From: an archaeon
Lineage (GTDB): Archaea; Hydrothermarchaeota; Hydrothermarchaeia; JALTZZ01
Assembly: GCA_027051165.1 (NCBI GenBank)
Contig: JALTZZ010000048.1
Location: 1 to 62,927, forward strand
Direction of reading: 5' to 3'
DNA length: 62,927 nucleotides
The position numbers and the translations under genes were made by a program. Below are positions 40,339-50,408 of this stretch, piece by piece. The notes beneath the pieces were generated by a model, which did not search any database, was not told where the DNA came from, and saw only the letters and a list, made by a program, of their open reading frames with translations. Within the stretch, counting starts at the first letter, position 1. Each line of letters opens with the position of its first letter.

Positions 40339-41343
40339 TTACAGCTTTCTTTTAATTTTTTCTCTCGCAACCGGTAGAAGAACTGTAACTTTTGTTCCCT
40401 TATTTACTTCGCTTTCAATCTCGATTTTTCCTTTATGCATATCAACAATTATCTTTGAGATGTAGAGCCCCATGCCAACTCCAGGGAACCTTCTCGTTGT
40501 CTTGCTTTCAACTTGATATAGCGGATCAAATATGTATTTAAGCTTTTCTTTCGGAATTCCTATGCCAGTATCCTCTATTATTACTTCGATATATCCGTTT
40601 TCAAGAATCCTCCTTCCCAAATGCCTGTGCTTAACTTTTATATAAACCTTTCCGCCTTCTTTATTGAATTTTATTGCATTTGAAAGGATTGATGTAAAAA
40701 GGAACACAAGTTTACTTTTATCTCCCTCTATATTTGGTAAATTTTCCTCAAAATTTTTATGTATCTCTATTTTCTTGTTCAAACTCAAAATACTAACGTT
40801 TTTTAAAGATTCTTCAATGATATCAACTATATTAACATGTTCTTTTACTAAACCTATAATATTTCTCTTACTTGCTTCAACAAGGCTTTTTGCTGTATTT
40901 TCAAGTCTTGCAATGTTTGATTTCATTTTCTCTAAGACTAAGGGATCAACAGTTCTTTCATCGAGAAGTTCGCTCACAAGCATCTTTAAAACGGCAATCG
41001 GTGTTAGAAGTTCATGCGAGACGTTTGATAGAATATTATCTTTACGCTTAAGAATCTCTTCGATTTCATCTCCAAGATCTCTAACTAATATAAGCTTTTT
41101 ATCTTCAAAAGGTATCGTTATAAATTCTTCATCAACAAAGATTAAGCTTAGTGCTTTGTCTTCATATTTAAAATTAAAAATTGGACACTCAGTTCTGCAT
41201 TCGTGTTTATCTTCTTTACATTTTAGTTTTGATCGTATAACGTTTTCATTTCCAAATACAACATCCATATCGCAGTTCTCATCGATGAACACTATAGAAA
41301 GAATGTCGCAGAGAGATTTTGAGAAAGCTTTGAAGTATTTCAT
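40339..41343 (-). CDS. Cytoplasmic sensor histidine kinase
   Basis: H-box VSHELLTP, N-box NAIKFN, G1 DTGIGI, F-box IFDPLYQ, G2 GMGLYI. Confidence 0.9.
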   Translation of the reverse strand: MKYFKAFSKSLCDILSIVFIDENCDMDVVFGNENVIRSKLKCKEDKHECRTECPIFNFKYEDKALSLIFVDEEFITIPFEDKKLILVRDLGDEIEEILKRKDNILSNVSHELLTPIAVLKMLVSELLDERTVDPLVLEKMKSNIARLENTAKSLVEASKRNIIGLVKEHVNIVDIIEESLKNVSILSLNKKIEIHKNFEENLPNIEGDKSKLVFLFTSILSNAIKFNKEGGKVYIKVKHRHLGRRILENGYIEVIIEDTGIGIPKEKLKYIFDPLYQVESKTTRRFPGVGMGLYISKIIVDMHKGKIEIESEVNKGTKVTVLLPVAREKIKRKL

Positions 41344-41424
41344 ATCGTAATATTTTCTTTGTGTGTATATAAAGGTTTTATGTTTCGAAAGAATACAACT
41401 TTTAATATATATGTAATTAATAAA

Positions 41425-42093
41425 TTATTCTTTAATTATTATACCATCTCTTATTTTTAACTGTCTCTTCGCTCTCTTCCCTATTTCTGGGTCGTGAGTA
41501 ACAATTACTAATGTTTTTCCTTCTTCTTTATTTAATTTCTCAAGAATTTCGATAATTTTTCTTCCTGTTTTTGTATCAAGGTTTCCGGTTGGTTCATCTG
41601 CAAGTATAACTTCTGGATTGTTAGCAAGAGCTCTCGCAATCGCAACTCTCTGTTGCTCTCCACCACTAAGCTCCCTTGGCTTGTGGTGCTCCCTACCTTC
41701 TAAGCCAACCATTCTTAGAAGTTCTTTCGCTCTTTTAATTCTCTTTCTTCTATTAACGCCAGCAAACCACATCGGCAGTGCTACATTTTCAAGAGCAGTT
41801 AAGGTTGGTATTAGGTTGAACTGCTGGAAGACAAATCCTATTTTTTTAAGTCTTATCTTAGCAAGTTCTCTATCACTTAGTCTGCTTATATCTCTGCCAT
41901 CTATGTAAACCCTTCCTTTTGTTGGTCTGTCTAAGCCACCAATTATGTTCATTAAAGTGCTTTTTCCGCTACCACTTGGACCCATAATTGATATATAATC
42001 TCCACTCTCTATTTTGAGGTTTATACCTCTAAGAGCAACAACCTTTGCTTTGCCAAGCTTGTATATCTTGTGAACGTTTTCAAGCTTTATCAT
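41425..42093 (-). CDS. ABC transporter ATP-binding protein (LolD/MacB type)
   Basis: GPSGSGKST, LSGGEQQRVAIARAL, ADEPTGNLD, VTHD. Confidence 0.95.
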   Translation of the reverse strand: MIKLENVHKIYKLGKAKVVALRGINLKIESGDYISIMGPSGSGKSTLMNIIGGLDRPTKGRVYIDGRDISRLSDRELAKIRLKKIGFVFQQFNLIPTLTALENVALPMWFAGVNRRKRIKRAKELLRMVGLEGREHHKPRELSGGEQQRVAIARALANNPEVILADEPTGNLDTKTGRKIIEILEKLNKEEGKTLVIVTHDPEIGKRAKRQLKIRDGIIIKE

Positions 42094-43331
42094 TCTTCAA
42101 TTTCCCTTCTTTTCTTCACTTTTCTATAAATTAGATATATTAACAGCAAGACTGCAATAAGCAGAGGTATGGAGTATGACGATTCTCCTTTCTTAGATCC
42201 CACATATATAGAAAACTCTTTTTCATCTCTGTATAAATTTCCAACTTCATCGTAGTATGTTAAGATAACTCTGAAGGTATAGCTTCCGCTTGTTGCTGAA
42301 TTATCAACCTCTAAATCATATATAGCTGTTGCTGTATCGTCTGGCTCTAAGCTTCCCAAGAATGACACCTTCTCTCCGCTAAACGCCTTAGGATATTTGA
42401 GCACAGCTTTTATTGATTTTGCTTTCTGCTTCCCTATGTTCTCAAACTGAACAGAAAGTGTAAAAGAAGAGCCCGGGAAAAGCTTTTCTCCTTTCTCTGG
42501 AGAAATATCTACACTTGATATCTCAAGCTTCGGTTTTTCTTTCTCTGTTACGTATATTTCAAAGTTCTTTTTTTCTTCAATAAACCTTTCATCGTATCTA
42601 TATCTAACAATTAGCGTAAAGTTGTATAATCCGGATTTTATATCTTTGGAAGTCTTTAAATTAAAAATTGCTGTTGCTCTCTTATCTCTTTCTAAGCTTC
42701 CCAAGAATTCTTCATTCTCACCGGTAAAGTATTCTGGAACTATGAGCTCAAGCCTAACACCTTTCGCTGTATCTTTACCTATGTTTTCAATTGTTATCTG
42801 GAGGGAGAAGTCCTGATCAGGATATATCAAGCTTGGTGATGTATTAATACCGGCGAGAACAATTTTTGGTTTTCCAACGAATTTTAATCCTATGTAGAGA
42901 ATTTTTTCTTCAGTTTTCATGTTTGGATTCTTATATCTAACCTTTATAGGTATAAGGTAGCTTCCGGGCTTTACATCGTTTACGTGAATAGAAAATGATG
43001 TTTCTATCTCTTCTTCTTGAAGAACTGCACCAAAGAACTGTTCACTTTCAAAGGCTTCCTTCGCTCTTTTTGTATAAAAAATACTTGATCCTATAGGTGT
43101 TATATAATTGTTTTGAACAATTTCAACTTCTACTTGCGTAGCAAAGTCTGTTCCTAAATTTTTTAATGTTATATTTAAAATTTCATCTTCTCCTATATAG
43201 AGCTCCTCAGGTTCAACATCTACTACAACAAAATTTACATTGCTTCCCTGTGCATAAACCGAGCAGAAGCAGAGCACAGAAAAGATAAATATAAACATTC
43301 CTATGCTCAAGGGTTTTACCGAAGTTTCCAT
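42090..43331 (-). CDS. COG1361 S-layer-domain / CARDB-like surface protein
   Basis: Signal peptide, three repeated Ig-like units (ENIG...AK, FLGSLE, G.Y...I.Y), C-terminal TM followed by a basic tail. Confidence 0.85.
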   Translation of the reverse strand: METSVKPLSIGMFIFIFSVLCFCSVYAQGSNVNFVVVDVEPEELYIGEDEILNITLKNLGTDFATQVEVEIVQNNYITPIGSSIFYTKRAKEAFESEQFFGAVLQEEEIETSFSIHVNDVKPGSYLIPIKVRYKNPNMKTEEKILYIGLKFVGKPKIVLAGINTSPSLIYPDQDFSLQITIENIGKDTAKGVRLELIVPEYFTGENEEFLGSLERDKRATAIFNLKTSKDIKSGLYNFTLIVRYRYDERFIEEKKNFEIYVTEKEKPKLEISSVDISPEKGEKLFPGSSFTLSVQFENIGKQKAKSIKAVLKYPKAFSGEKVSFLGSLEPDDTATAIYDLEVDNSATSGSYTFRVILTYYDEVGNLYRDEKEFSIYVGSKKGESSYSIPLLIAVLLLIYLIYRKVKKRREIEE

Positions 43332-43377
43332 AGCAATATTAATTAAAGATACTATCTAACAAGAAACTTGCAATAGA

Positions 43378-43441
43378 AATGTTGCCCAGCTGGAGGACCC
43401 GTGCTCATCCTGAGCGTTGCACGAGCCATGGCGGCTGGGCA
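43378..43441 (-). ncRNA. Single-hairpin H/ACA box guide RNA (candidate)
   Basis: Minus strand UGCCCAGC-CGCCAUGG-CUCGUGC-loop(AACGCUCAGGAUGA)-GCACGGG-UCCUCCA-GCUGGGCA-ACA: lower stem, bipartite pocket, upper stem, K-loop-like GAUGA, and ACA 15 nt from the pocket top. Confidence 0.75.
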
Positions 43442-43514
43442 TTTATATAGTAGAGTGGTAACGTGAGCAATTAGTTTATCAACGTTAAAAAACATTTCAG
43501 CTTAGATATTAATT

Positions 43515-45389
43515 TTGGAGCGTGAGAAGATGAGAATGCTCTTAATTCATGCTGATTATATTAAATACGAGGCAAAGAGTAAGACAAGAATTGCGGAAGA
43601 GATAGGAGATGAACTAAAAACTCAAGGTGCTGAGAACTGCCTCGTCGCATTTATAGCCGTTGAGAGTGCTGACGAAAAGAACAAGGATTTTGTCGTTGAA
43701 AAAGCTAAAGAAGAAATATTAGACGTATACAATAGGGTTAAAGCCGATTGCATATTTATCTATCCATATGCACATCTTAGCTCAGATTTGGCTAAACCAA
43801 GCTTTGCAGTAGAGGTTTTGAGGGAGCTTGAAGATAAATTAAAAGAATATAATGTGAAAAGAGCTCCATTTGGCTGGTATAAGGCATTTGAACTAAAATG
43901 TAAAGGTCATCCTTTAAGCGAGCTTTCAAGGGTTATTGTTCCAGAAGAAGCTAAAAAAGAGAAGGAAATTGTCTCGACAGCCTTAAAAGCTGAGGAAAAG
44001 ATGAAATCATACTGGTATATACTCACACCAGAGGGCAAGCTTATAGATGCAGATGAATTTGATTTTTCAGGTTATGAGAACCTAAAAAAACTTTACGAAT
44101 ATGAAAAGAAAAAAGTTAGAACGGCAAGAGAGCAACCGGCACATATAAGAATAATGCTCGATCATGAGCTCGTTGACTATGAACCGGCAAGCGATCCGGG
44201 AAATTTGAGGTGGTATCCTAAGGGTGTTATAATAAAAAGACTTCTTGAGAGTCACGTAAGCAACATTCTCGCAGAATACGGTGCTATGGAAGTGGAAACT
44301 CCTATTATGTATGCTTTTGATCATGAAAAGCTGAGCAAATATTTGCATAGGTTTCCAGCAAGGCAGTATACTCTAAAATCCGGAGATAAAGAATACTTCT
44401 TGAGGTTTGCAGCATGCTTCGGGCAGTATCTGATAATGCACGACATGCAGATAAGCTATAGGCATCTGCCTCTAAGACTCTACGAGCTAACCCATTACAG
44501 TTTCAGAAGGGAGCAGAAAGGTGAGCTGAGTGGTTTAAAGAGGCTTAGAACGTTTACAATGCCAGATATGCACACTCTGTGCAGAGATATGGATCAGGCA
44601 AAGGAGGAGTTTAAAAATCAATACATGCTTGCAATGAAGTATATGAAAGACTTGGAGCTCGACTATGAGGTTGTTATAAGGTTCATTAAGAGTTTCTACG
44701 AGGAAAATGAGGATTTTGCAAAAGAACTTGCAAGACTTGTAAACAAGCCAATACTTATAGAGATGTGGGATGAAAGATTTTTCTATTTCGTAATGAAGTT
44801 TGAATTTAACGTTATAGACAGTATAGGAAAAGCAGCAGCACTATCTACCGTGCAGATAGATGTCGAGAACGCCGAAAGATTTGGAATAACGTTTGTTGAT
44901 GAAGATGGAAAAGAAAAGCATCCTATCCTTCTGCATGCGAGTATTAGCGGAGGAATTGACAGAAATCTCTATGCACTCCTCGAACAAGCATGGATCAAAG
45001 CTAAAAAAGAAAATAAGAAGCCAATGCTACCTATTTGGTTGAGCCCCATCCAAGTTAGAATAATACCCGTTAGCAGTGCATACTTGGAGTTTTGTGAAAA
45101 ATTGCTCAAGGAGCTTTCGAACTTTGCAAGAGTGGACTTAGATGACACAGACGATACCTTGCAGAAAAAAATTAGAAAAGCTGAGAAAGAATGGATACCA
45201 TTTATAGTAGTTGTCGGAGAAAAAGAGGTTAAGAGTGATAAGCTGAGTGTTAGAGTAAGATCAGAAAACGTAGTAAAGGAAATGACAAAAGACGAACTCA
45301 TTGAGATTATAAAGAAAGAATGTAAAGGAAAGCCTTTCAGAAAGCTTACCTTACCAAAAAAACTATCGAAAAGACCAAAATTTAGATAA
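43515..45389 (+). CDS. thrS: Threonyl-tRNA synthetase (archaeal type with N-terminal editing domain)
   Basis: [53 protein letters not shown]; start possibly 43530. Confidence 0.97.
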   Translation: MEREKMRMLLIHADYIKYEAKSKTRIAEEIGDELKTQGAENCLVAFIAVESADEKNKDFVVEKAKEEILDVYNRVKADCIFIYPYAHLSSDLAKPSFAVEVLRELEDKLKEYNVKRAPFGWYKAFELKCKGHPLSELSRVIVPEEAKKEKEIVSTALKAEEKMKSYWYILTPEGKLIDADEFDFSGYENLKKLYEYEKKKVRTAREQPAHIRIMLDHELVDYEPASDPGNLRWYPKGVIIKRLLESHVSNILAEYGAMEVETPIMYAFDHEKLSKYLHRFPARQYTLKSGDKEYFLRFAACFGQYLIMHDMQISYRHLPLRLYELTHYSFRREQKGELSGLKRLRTFTMPDMHTLCRDMDQAKEEFKNQYMLAMKYMKDLELDYEVVIRFIKSFYEENEDFAKELARLVNKPILIEMWDERFFYFVMKFEFNVIDSIGKAAALSTVQIDVENAERFGITFVDEDGKEKHPILLHASISGGIDRNLYALLEQAWIKAKKENKKPMLPIWLSPIQVRIIPVSSAYLEFCEKLLKELSNFARVDLDDTDDTLQKKIRKAEKEWIPFIVVVGEKEVKSDKLSVRVRSENVVKEMTKDELIEIIKKECKGKPFRKLTLPKKLSKRPKFR

Positions 45390-45403
45390 AATTTTTAAGT
45401 TAC

Positions 45404-45714
45404 ATTTCTATCTCTCCGTTGTTTGCAAGATCCATTCAGCAAGGGAGGAAATACGCAAGGTTAGCCGAGGAAGCGGTAGATGGAAATATTTGCTAACGTT
45501 AGTGCTGGCAAATGCGATAGCTTAAGCCTTAGCTGAGCTGATAAGCTCGATTCTAACAACCTGACCGCTAAGCATGGGTATAGTGGGTAAGTAGCTCCAC
45601 CACCGTTTATTGGGCAGGAGTAGAGGGCGTCCTAACCAAGCTGCGGGGTAAGGCACCTGGGGCAAGGGTGTAAACTCCCCATGAAACCCTGCCTGTAAGG
45701 GTGGGGTAGTTCAC
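45404..45714 (+). mobile_element. Non-autonomous IS200/IS605 derivative (no ORF) retaining left end, omega-RNA scaffold and right end
   Basis: Preceded by TTAC; left end TATCTCTCCGTTGTTTGCAAGA matches 33131-33152; 3' part AGGAGTAGAGGGCGTCCTAACCAAGCTGCGGGGTAAGGC matches 34457-34496; ends ...GGGTGGGGTAGTTCAC. Confidence 0.8.
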
Positions 45715-45846
45715 TGTTATTAATTCAAATTTTTATATTATTCTTACTTGGCACTTTTTTACGTAAGATATTATTATCTTTTAACTCCAAATACTTTTAA
45801 ACTGAAACAAAAGATTTATATTTTTAAGCCTCTTGTAAGAATATAG

Positions 45847-46110
45847 GTGGGGGATATGCCGTTCTACATAAATGGACTTGAATACCTTGGTAGACCCGTT
45901 AAGATTAGGGGAAAAACTGGTAAGGTGGAAGCTAAGAGATTCGTTACCCTCAAGATTACAGATAAAATGCCCACTATGGAGGAAGTAATAGAAATTGCAA
46001 AGAAAAATCCGAGAGTAAAGAAGGTGTGGGTAATGGAAATTAACGGTAACAAATGGAGAAAAGTTCTCCCAGAAGGCAAAGGTTCGATATCTGTTGATCA
46101 TCGTTCTTAG
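45847..46110 (+). CDS. Small basic hypothetical protein
   Basis: BRE/TATA AAAAGATTTATATT upstream, and an SD-like GGTGGGG before ATG at 45856; normal codon usage. Confidence 0.6.
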   Translation: MGDMPFYINGLEYLGRPVKIRGKTGKVEAKRFVTLKITDKMPTMEEVIEIAKKNPRVKKVWVMEINGNKWRKVLPEGKGSISVDHRS

Positions 46111-46199
46111 GTTCTTTAAGTTTTTCTCTCTGGATATCTTCCTGAAGGAGAATTTTTATGCTCCTTAATATTTTAATTAAAAAATAAGTTGGTAAATGC

Positions 46200-46455
46200 A
46201 ATACTTGTTCAAAATGAGCATTATTGCCTCTTCTTTTTCTTATCTTTCTTCTTTATAGGGTAAACGAGAACTTGAACAACGTCACCAACCTCAATTCCAA
46301 CAACTTCTCTTTCTATTTCGGGGATAACGATTCTGTATCCTTCTCTTACTTTAGCCTTAAATAGGGCAGAATCAAGAAAAAAATCCCTTTGCGATGCTTC
46401 CTACGATGTTGAGAATTTTCTCCTCATCTACACTGCTAATGTCTATTTTAGTCAT
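46200..46455 (-). pseudogene. AbrB/MazE (SpoVT)-type DNA-binding protein gene frameshifted in a T7 tract
   Basis: MTKIDISSVDEEKILNIVGSIAKGFF, then in the +1 frame LDSALFKAKVREGYRIVIPEIEREVVGIEVGDVVQVLVY (swapped-hairpin pattern); 3' end approximate. Confidence 0.65.
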
Positions 46456-46605
46456 GCCTATATTTGACTATTTTTCCGAGAATGACATTAAACTACATTA
46501 AATGTATTTAAATGTCATGAAATTTATGATTGTAATTAGAGGGATTGCACATAAAAAATGTGCAGATGTCTCTTATATATCTTAAAAGAAAGTAGAGGTA
46601 TGCAG

Positions 46606-47827
46606 ATGAGGGGGGTTTTTAATACCTTTTCTTTTGCTATTTTAGGAGATTTTGGTGGAGATTTGTTAGGGAGAGAGCAATATTTTAGAACAGGGAAAAC
46701 AGCTCCTAAATCAAACACAAGAGACTATAAGGGAAAAATTGCTTCCAATAGTGGTCTTAGAGGAGCTAAGAGAGAAGTATTTACTATTTAAGCCAGAATA
46801 CTTTGTAATAGATGAAGGAAAAGAATATGAAGTAAAAGTTCTTGTGCTCGATGAAAGCGAGGTTAACAGTGTAACACTTTACTACTCAGTAAACGGAAAG
46901 CAGAAATCGGTTAAAATGTCAAAGACTACATGCTTAGAAATACCGAATATCCAAAATATAAATCTGATCTTCTACGGTTGCTATGGGGCAAAGATACCAG
47001 CACAGAAAGCAGAAACATATGTAGAGTATTATGTGGAGGTCGTTGATAAGGACAACAACAAAGCAAAAATACCGATAGGATTCTACTATGTAACCAAGAT
47101 TTCTGGAAAGAAAGTTTTAATCGTTGATCCAGAAATGAAACTATGGTTCGTTGCTATGAACTACAGAGAACTTAAAGATACCTTAGAGAAAGCGCTGGTT
47201 TACAGAATGAACGTAGAAGGTTTAAGCGACCTTGTAGATTCTGGAAAGAAATTTGAAAGGTTTGCGGGAAAGTTGATAACAAGAAAAAAGTGGGAAATGA
47301 TTTCCGACGACTTCAAGATACTAATAGTTCAGCCAGAACAGCTGAGAGAATACCTAAGCAGGTTCAATCCAGATGTAGTTTTAATATCGAATACATGGCT
47401 AAGACCGTGGGATCTGGAATATACTCATGACTCTCTCAGCAGTCTGATAAGCTATCTTAGAAAGAGGAATGCTGAACTAATAGTTACCCATGGAAGCCTA
47501 TACGATCAGCTTGTATGGACGAGTTGCAAAAGAGAGCGTGCAGTGAGAATTGGCGCTAGAGGACATGTAGGCGATAAAATAGAGGTATACAATGATAAAA
47601 GTTTGGCTGTAGCACTCGGTCTTTATCCTCTGCCATTACTTGAATATGCGATGGATAGATTAGCTGAAAGCGCCTGCAACATACCAGAAGTAAGATATGA
47701 GCTAAGCATTGCAATAGGCTCCACACCATTAATAGTTCCCTACGTTCCCTTCAGCGGAAATCTTCTCGTAGAGGAGGAGCATGAGGTAACAAAGGGCTTA
47801 GGTAGGCAGTTTAATAGGGATGTTTGA
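46606..47827 (+). pseudogene. Secreted/surface hypothetical protein, frameshifted at the N-terminus and probably truncated at the C-terminus
   Basis: Hydrophobic leader near 46606 is out of frame with the 362-aa ORF (Ig-like VTLYYSVNG...YGAKIPAQ...VEYYVEV segment); ORF ends abruptly beside an IS remnant. Confidence 0.5.
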
Positions 47828-47869
47828 AAATAAATACAGTAAGGTGTATAAAAGATGTTGTAGCAAGCG

Positions 47870-48270
47870 GTGATTAGCAAAACTTACGTAAGCGGGATTT
47901 AACTCTATTTTTCACATTGACGAGGAAGAGTTTAAGATAGAGCAGCCGGCGTTTTTTGGGCTTTAAAACTGCGAAGCTCTCGTTGCCAAGCAATCGAAGC
48001 CAGAATCTGCGACTGTGTGTTTTTTCGTTTTTCACATCAGCTAAGAAATCTGAGCTTGTGCATATACAGATTCTCTGAGAGATCACTGAAATGTTACTTG
48101 TATCATGATATGAACATGCCAGTGCTTTCTCTTTTTTCCCGATCTCGCTTCGCAGTAGGTGCTCCTGTTGTCCACTCTAATTCCGGTAGAATCGCATGCT
48201 AAAATGTTGCTTTCCTCTTTAAAAAGCTCTTCATAGAACCTCTTGTTCTTATGCTCAAGTAATACTTTTA
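47870..48270 (-). mobile_element. Degenerate DDE transposase fragment (IS5-like)
   Basis: One minus frame reads NILACDSTGIRVDNRSTYCEARSGK, matching the D-S-T-G first catalytic motif; several frame breaks. Confidence 0.5.
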
Positions 48271-48278
48271 CAAATATC

Positions 48279-48482
48279 TCATAAATTTAAGACCTCTTCG
48301 TCTTCATGTTGTCCTTTCGCTAATAAGTGCATATATAAAACTTGCAACAGAGCAATTTTTCTTTTAAATTCCCGCTCAAATCTTAACTTAAAGATGCCTA
48401 AAAACGCGGTGATTATTATTACCGTGGTCGAAATTAATACTTTATGGCTCTCGATAAATTGCGTGATACCTTCTATAGACAT
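48279..48482 (-). CDS. Small membrane hypothetical protein
   Basis: 67 aa with one TM segment; weak. Confidence 0.35.
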   Translation of the reverse strand: MSIEGITQFIESHKVLISTTVIIITAFLGIFKLRFEREFKRKIALLQVLYMHLLAKGQHEDEEVLNL

Positions 48483-48579
48483 AAAACTATATTAGAAGTC
48501 CAGAGGATTATAAAAATTTCTAAAATCCTCTCCTTGAGTTTATTGATCAACAATAGCTTAAATTATTACAAGTTCCATA

Positions 48580-49665
48580 TTATTTTTTGATTATTTCGAT
48601 GAAGTTCTTCAGAAATTCTTTATTTTCTTCCTCTAAACCAATGCTTACCCTTATATAGTTTCCGTGCAATCCTTTGAGGTTGCTCATGTTTCTTACTATT
48701 ATCCCTCTTCTCATAAGCTCCTCCACAACTTCATCTGCATTTCTGTTGAGCTTTATTAGCAGAAAATTAGCCCTCGAAGGATAAACCTTGATATCCTCTA
48801 CGCCAGAAAGTTCATTGAAAAGAAATTCCCTCTGGCTTTTAACAAGGTTTACGGTTCTTTTTAGGTGGTCTCGATCCTTCAATGCTAATACTCCAGCTTT
48901 CTGAGCGATACTGCTTACATTAAACGGTAGCTTTATTCTGTGCAGATAGTCGGTAACTTCTTCACAGGCTATCGCATATCCGAGCCTTAATCCAGCTAAT
49001 CCGAATGTCTTCGAAAAGCTCCTTGCCACAACGAGATTTTCATACTCGTTAACAAGTTTTACATAGCTTATTCCCGAAAATTCTGCATAAACCTCATCCA
49101 AAACAACCGCTACCTCTTTATTTAGGATTTTTATTAAGTCGTCTTCCTCTATAATATTTCCAGTTGGATTGTTGGGAGAGCATATAAATACGAGCTTCGT
49201 TCTCTCATCAATTTTTTCGCTTATCTTGTTAGCCTCGAATTCAAAGTTTTTATCTTCCCTAAGCTGAATGTTGACAACTCTTCCGTTAAAAATTTTTATA
49301 AGGGTCTCGTATATGGGAAATGTCGGTATTGGAACGATAGCTTTTTCTCCTTTATCTAAAAAGAGCTTTACAAAGAGCTCTAAGGCTTCATCGGATCCAT
49401 TTGTTACCGTTATATTTTCCTTCTTCATTCCTACGTATCTTGCTATGGCTTCTCTGAGCTCTTTGGATTCTTGATCTGGATAGAGGTGAATGTTACCTAT
49501 ATCTTCTTTTAAAAATTTCAGAACACTTGGTGGTGCTCCCAGAGGATTCTCGTTTGATGCAAGCTTTATTACTTTTTTTAATTTATATTTCTTTGCCACA
49601 TCTTCTTTTCTCTTCCCAGCCTTGTATTTTTCAATATTCCTTATCCATTCTCTTATGAGCTTCAC
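48580..49665 (-). CDS. hisC: Histidinol-phosphate aminotransferase
   Basis: KLASNENPLG, NGSDE, CSPNNPTG, DEVYAEF, RSFSKTFGLAGLRLGY (PLP lysine). Confidence 0.94.
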   Translation of the reverse strand: MKLIREWIRNIEKYKAGKRKEDVAKKYKLKKVIKLASNENPLGAPPSVLKFLKEDIGNIHLYPDQESKELREAIARYVGMKKENITVTNGSDEALELFVKLFLDKGEKAIVPIPTFPIYETLIKIFNGRVVNIQLREDKNFEFEANKISEKIDERTKLVFICSPNNPTGNIIEEDDLIKILNKEVAVVLDEVYAEFSGISYVKLVNEYENLVVARSFSKTFGLAGLRLGYAIACEEVTDYLHRIKLPFNVSSIAQKAGVLALKDRDHLKRTVNLVKSQREFLFNELSGVEDIKVYPSRANFLLIKLNRNADEVVEELMRRGIIVRNMSNLKGLHGNYIRVSIGLEEENKEFLKNFIEIIKK

Positions 49666-49735
49666 GCTTTTTTATTGTTTCTTATCCTTTAAAAATATTT
49701 ATACCAAGAAGGACAATACTACTCTGGTGATAAAA

Positions 49736-50407
49736 ATGAAGATAACATACTACGGACATGCGTGCTTCATGATAGAAGGTAGCAAGAAGATACTTATAGA
49801 TCCTTTCATAACCGGAAATCCTCTGGCAAATGTAAAGCCAAGCGACTTGAAGCCAGATATTCTGCTCATAACGCATGGGCATGGCGACCACCTTGGGGAT
49901 GCTGTAGATATTGCAAAAAATTCTAAGCCCATAGTTGCATGTATATATGAAATATCTCTTTTCTTGGGAAAACATGGAGTTTCATGCGAACCCATGAACA
50001 TAGGCGGTAGTATAAGCGTTGACGGTGTAAAGATAACGATGGTTCCCGCACTTCATTCAAGCAGCGTTGAGGGAAGCTTTTCAAGCGATGCATGCGGATT
50101 TGTCGTTGAGATTGACAACAAGACTATATACCATGCCGGCGATACAGCGCTTTTTAGAGATATGAAAACTATAGGAGAGCTCTTTGAAATAGATGTCGCA
50201 ATGCTTCCTATTGGCGATAGGTTTACGATGGATGCAAAGCAAGCGGCTATAGCTGTTAAGTGGCTCAAAGCCAAGAAGGTTATTCCAATGCACTATGCAA
50301 CATTCCCGATAATAGAAAAAAGTCCAGAAAAATTTGTTGAAGAGGTAAAGAAGGTAAGCGATGCGGAAGTTCTGATTGTTAAGCCTAATGAAAGCATAGA
50401 GATTTAA
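49736..50407 (+). CDS. Metallo-beta-lactamase-fold hydrolase (UPF0173)
   Basis: YYGHACF, IDPFITGNP, THGHGDH, YHAGDT, IPMHY; start at ATG 49736. Confidence 0.92.
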   Translation: MKITYYGHACFMIEGSKKILIDPFITGNPLANVKPSDLKPDILLITHGHGDHLGDAVDIAKNSKPIVACIYEISLFLGKHGVSCEPMNIGGSISVDGVKITMVPALHSSSVEGSFSSDACGFVVEIDNKTIYHAGDTALFRDMKTIGELFEIDVAMLPIGDRFTMDAKQAAIAVKWLKAKKVIPMHYATFPIIEKSPEKFVEEVKKVSDAEVLIVKPNESIEI

Positions 50408-50408
50408 G

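Noticed and set aside
40664-41350. 228-aa plus-strand ORF and other long antisense ORFs (e.g. 50499-51134, 25648-26184, 29100-29543)
   Set aside because: They are shadows of well-supported genes on the opposite strand, with Ser/Phe/Leu-rich composition and no motifs
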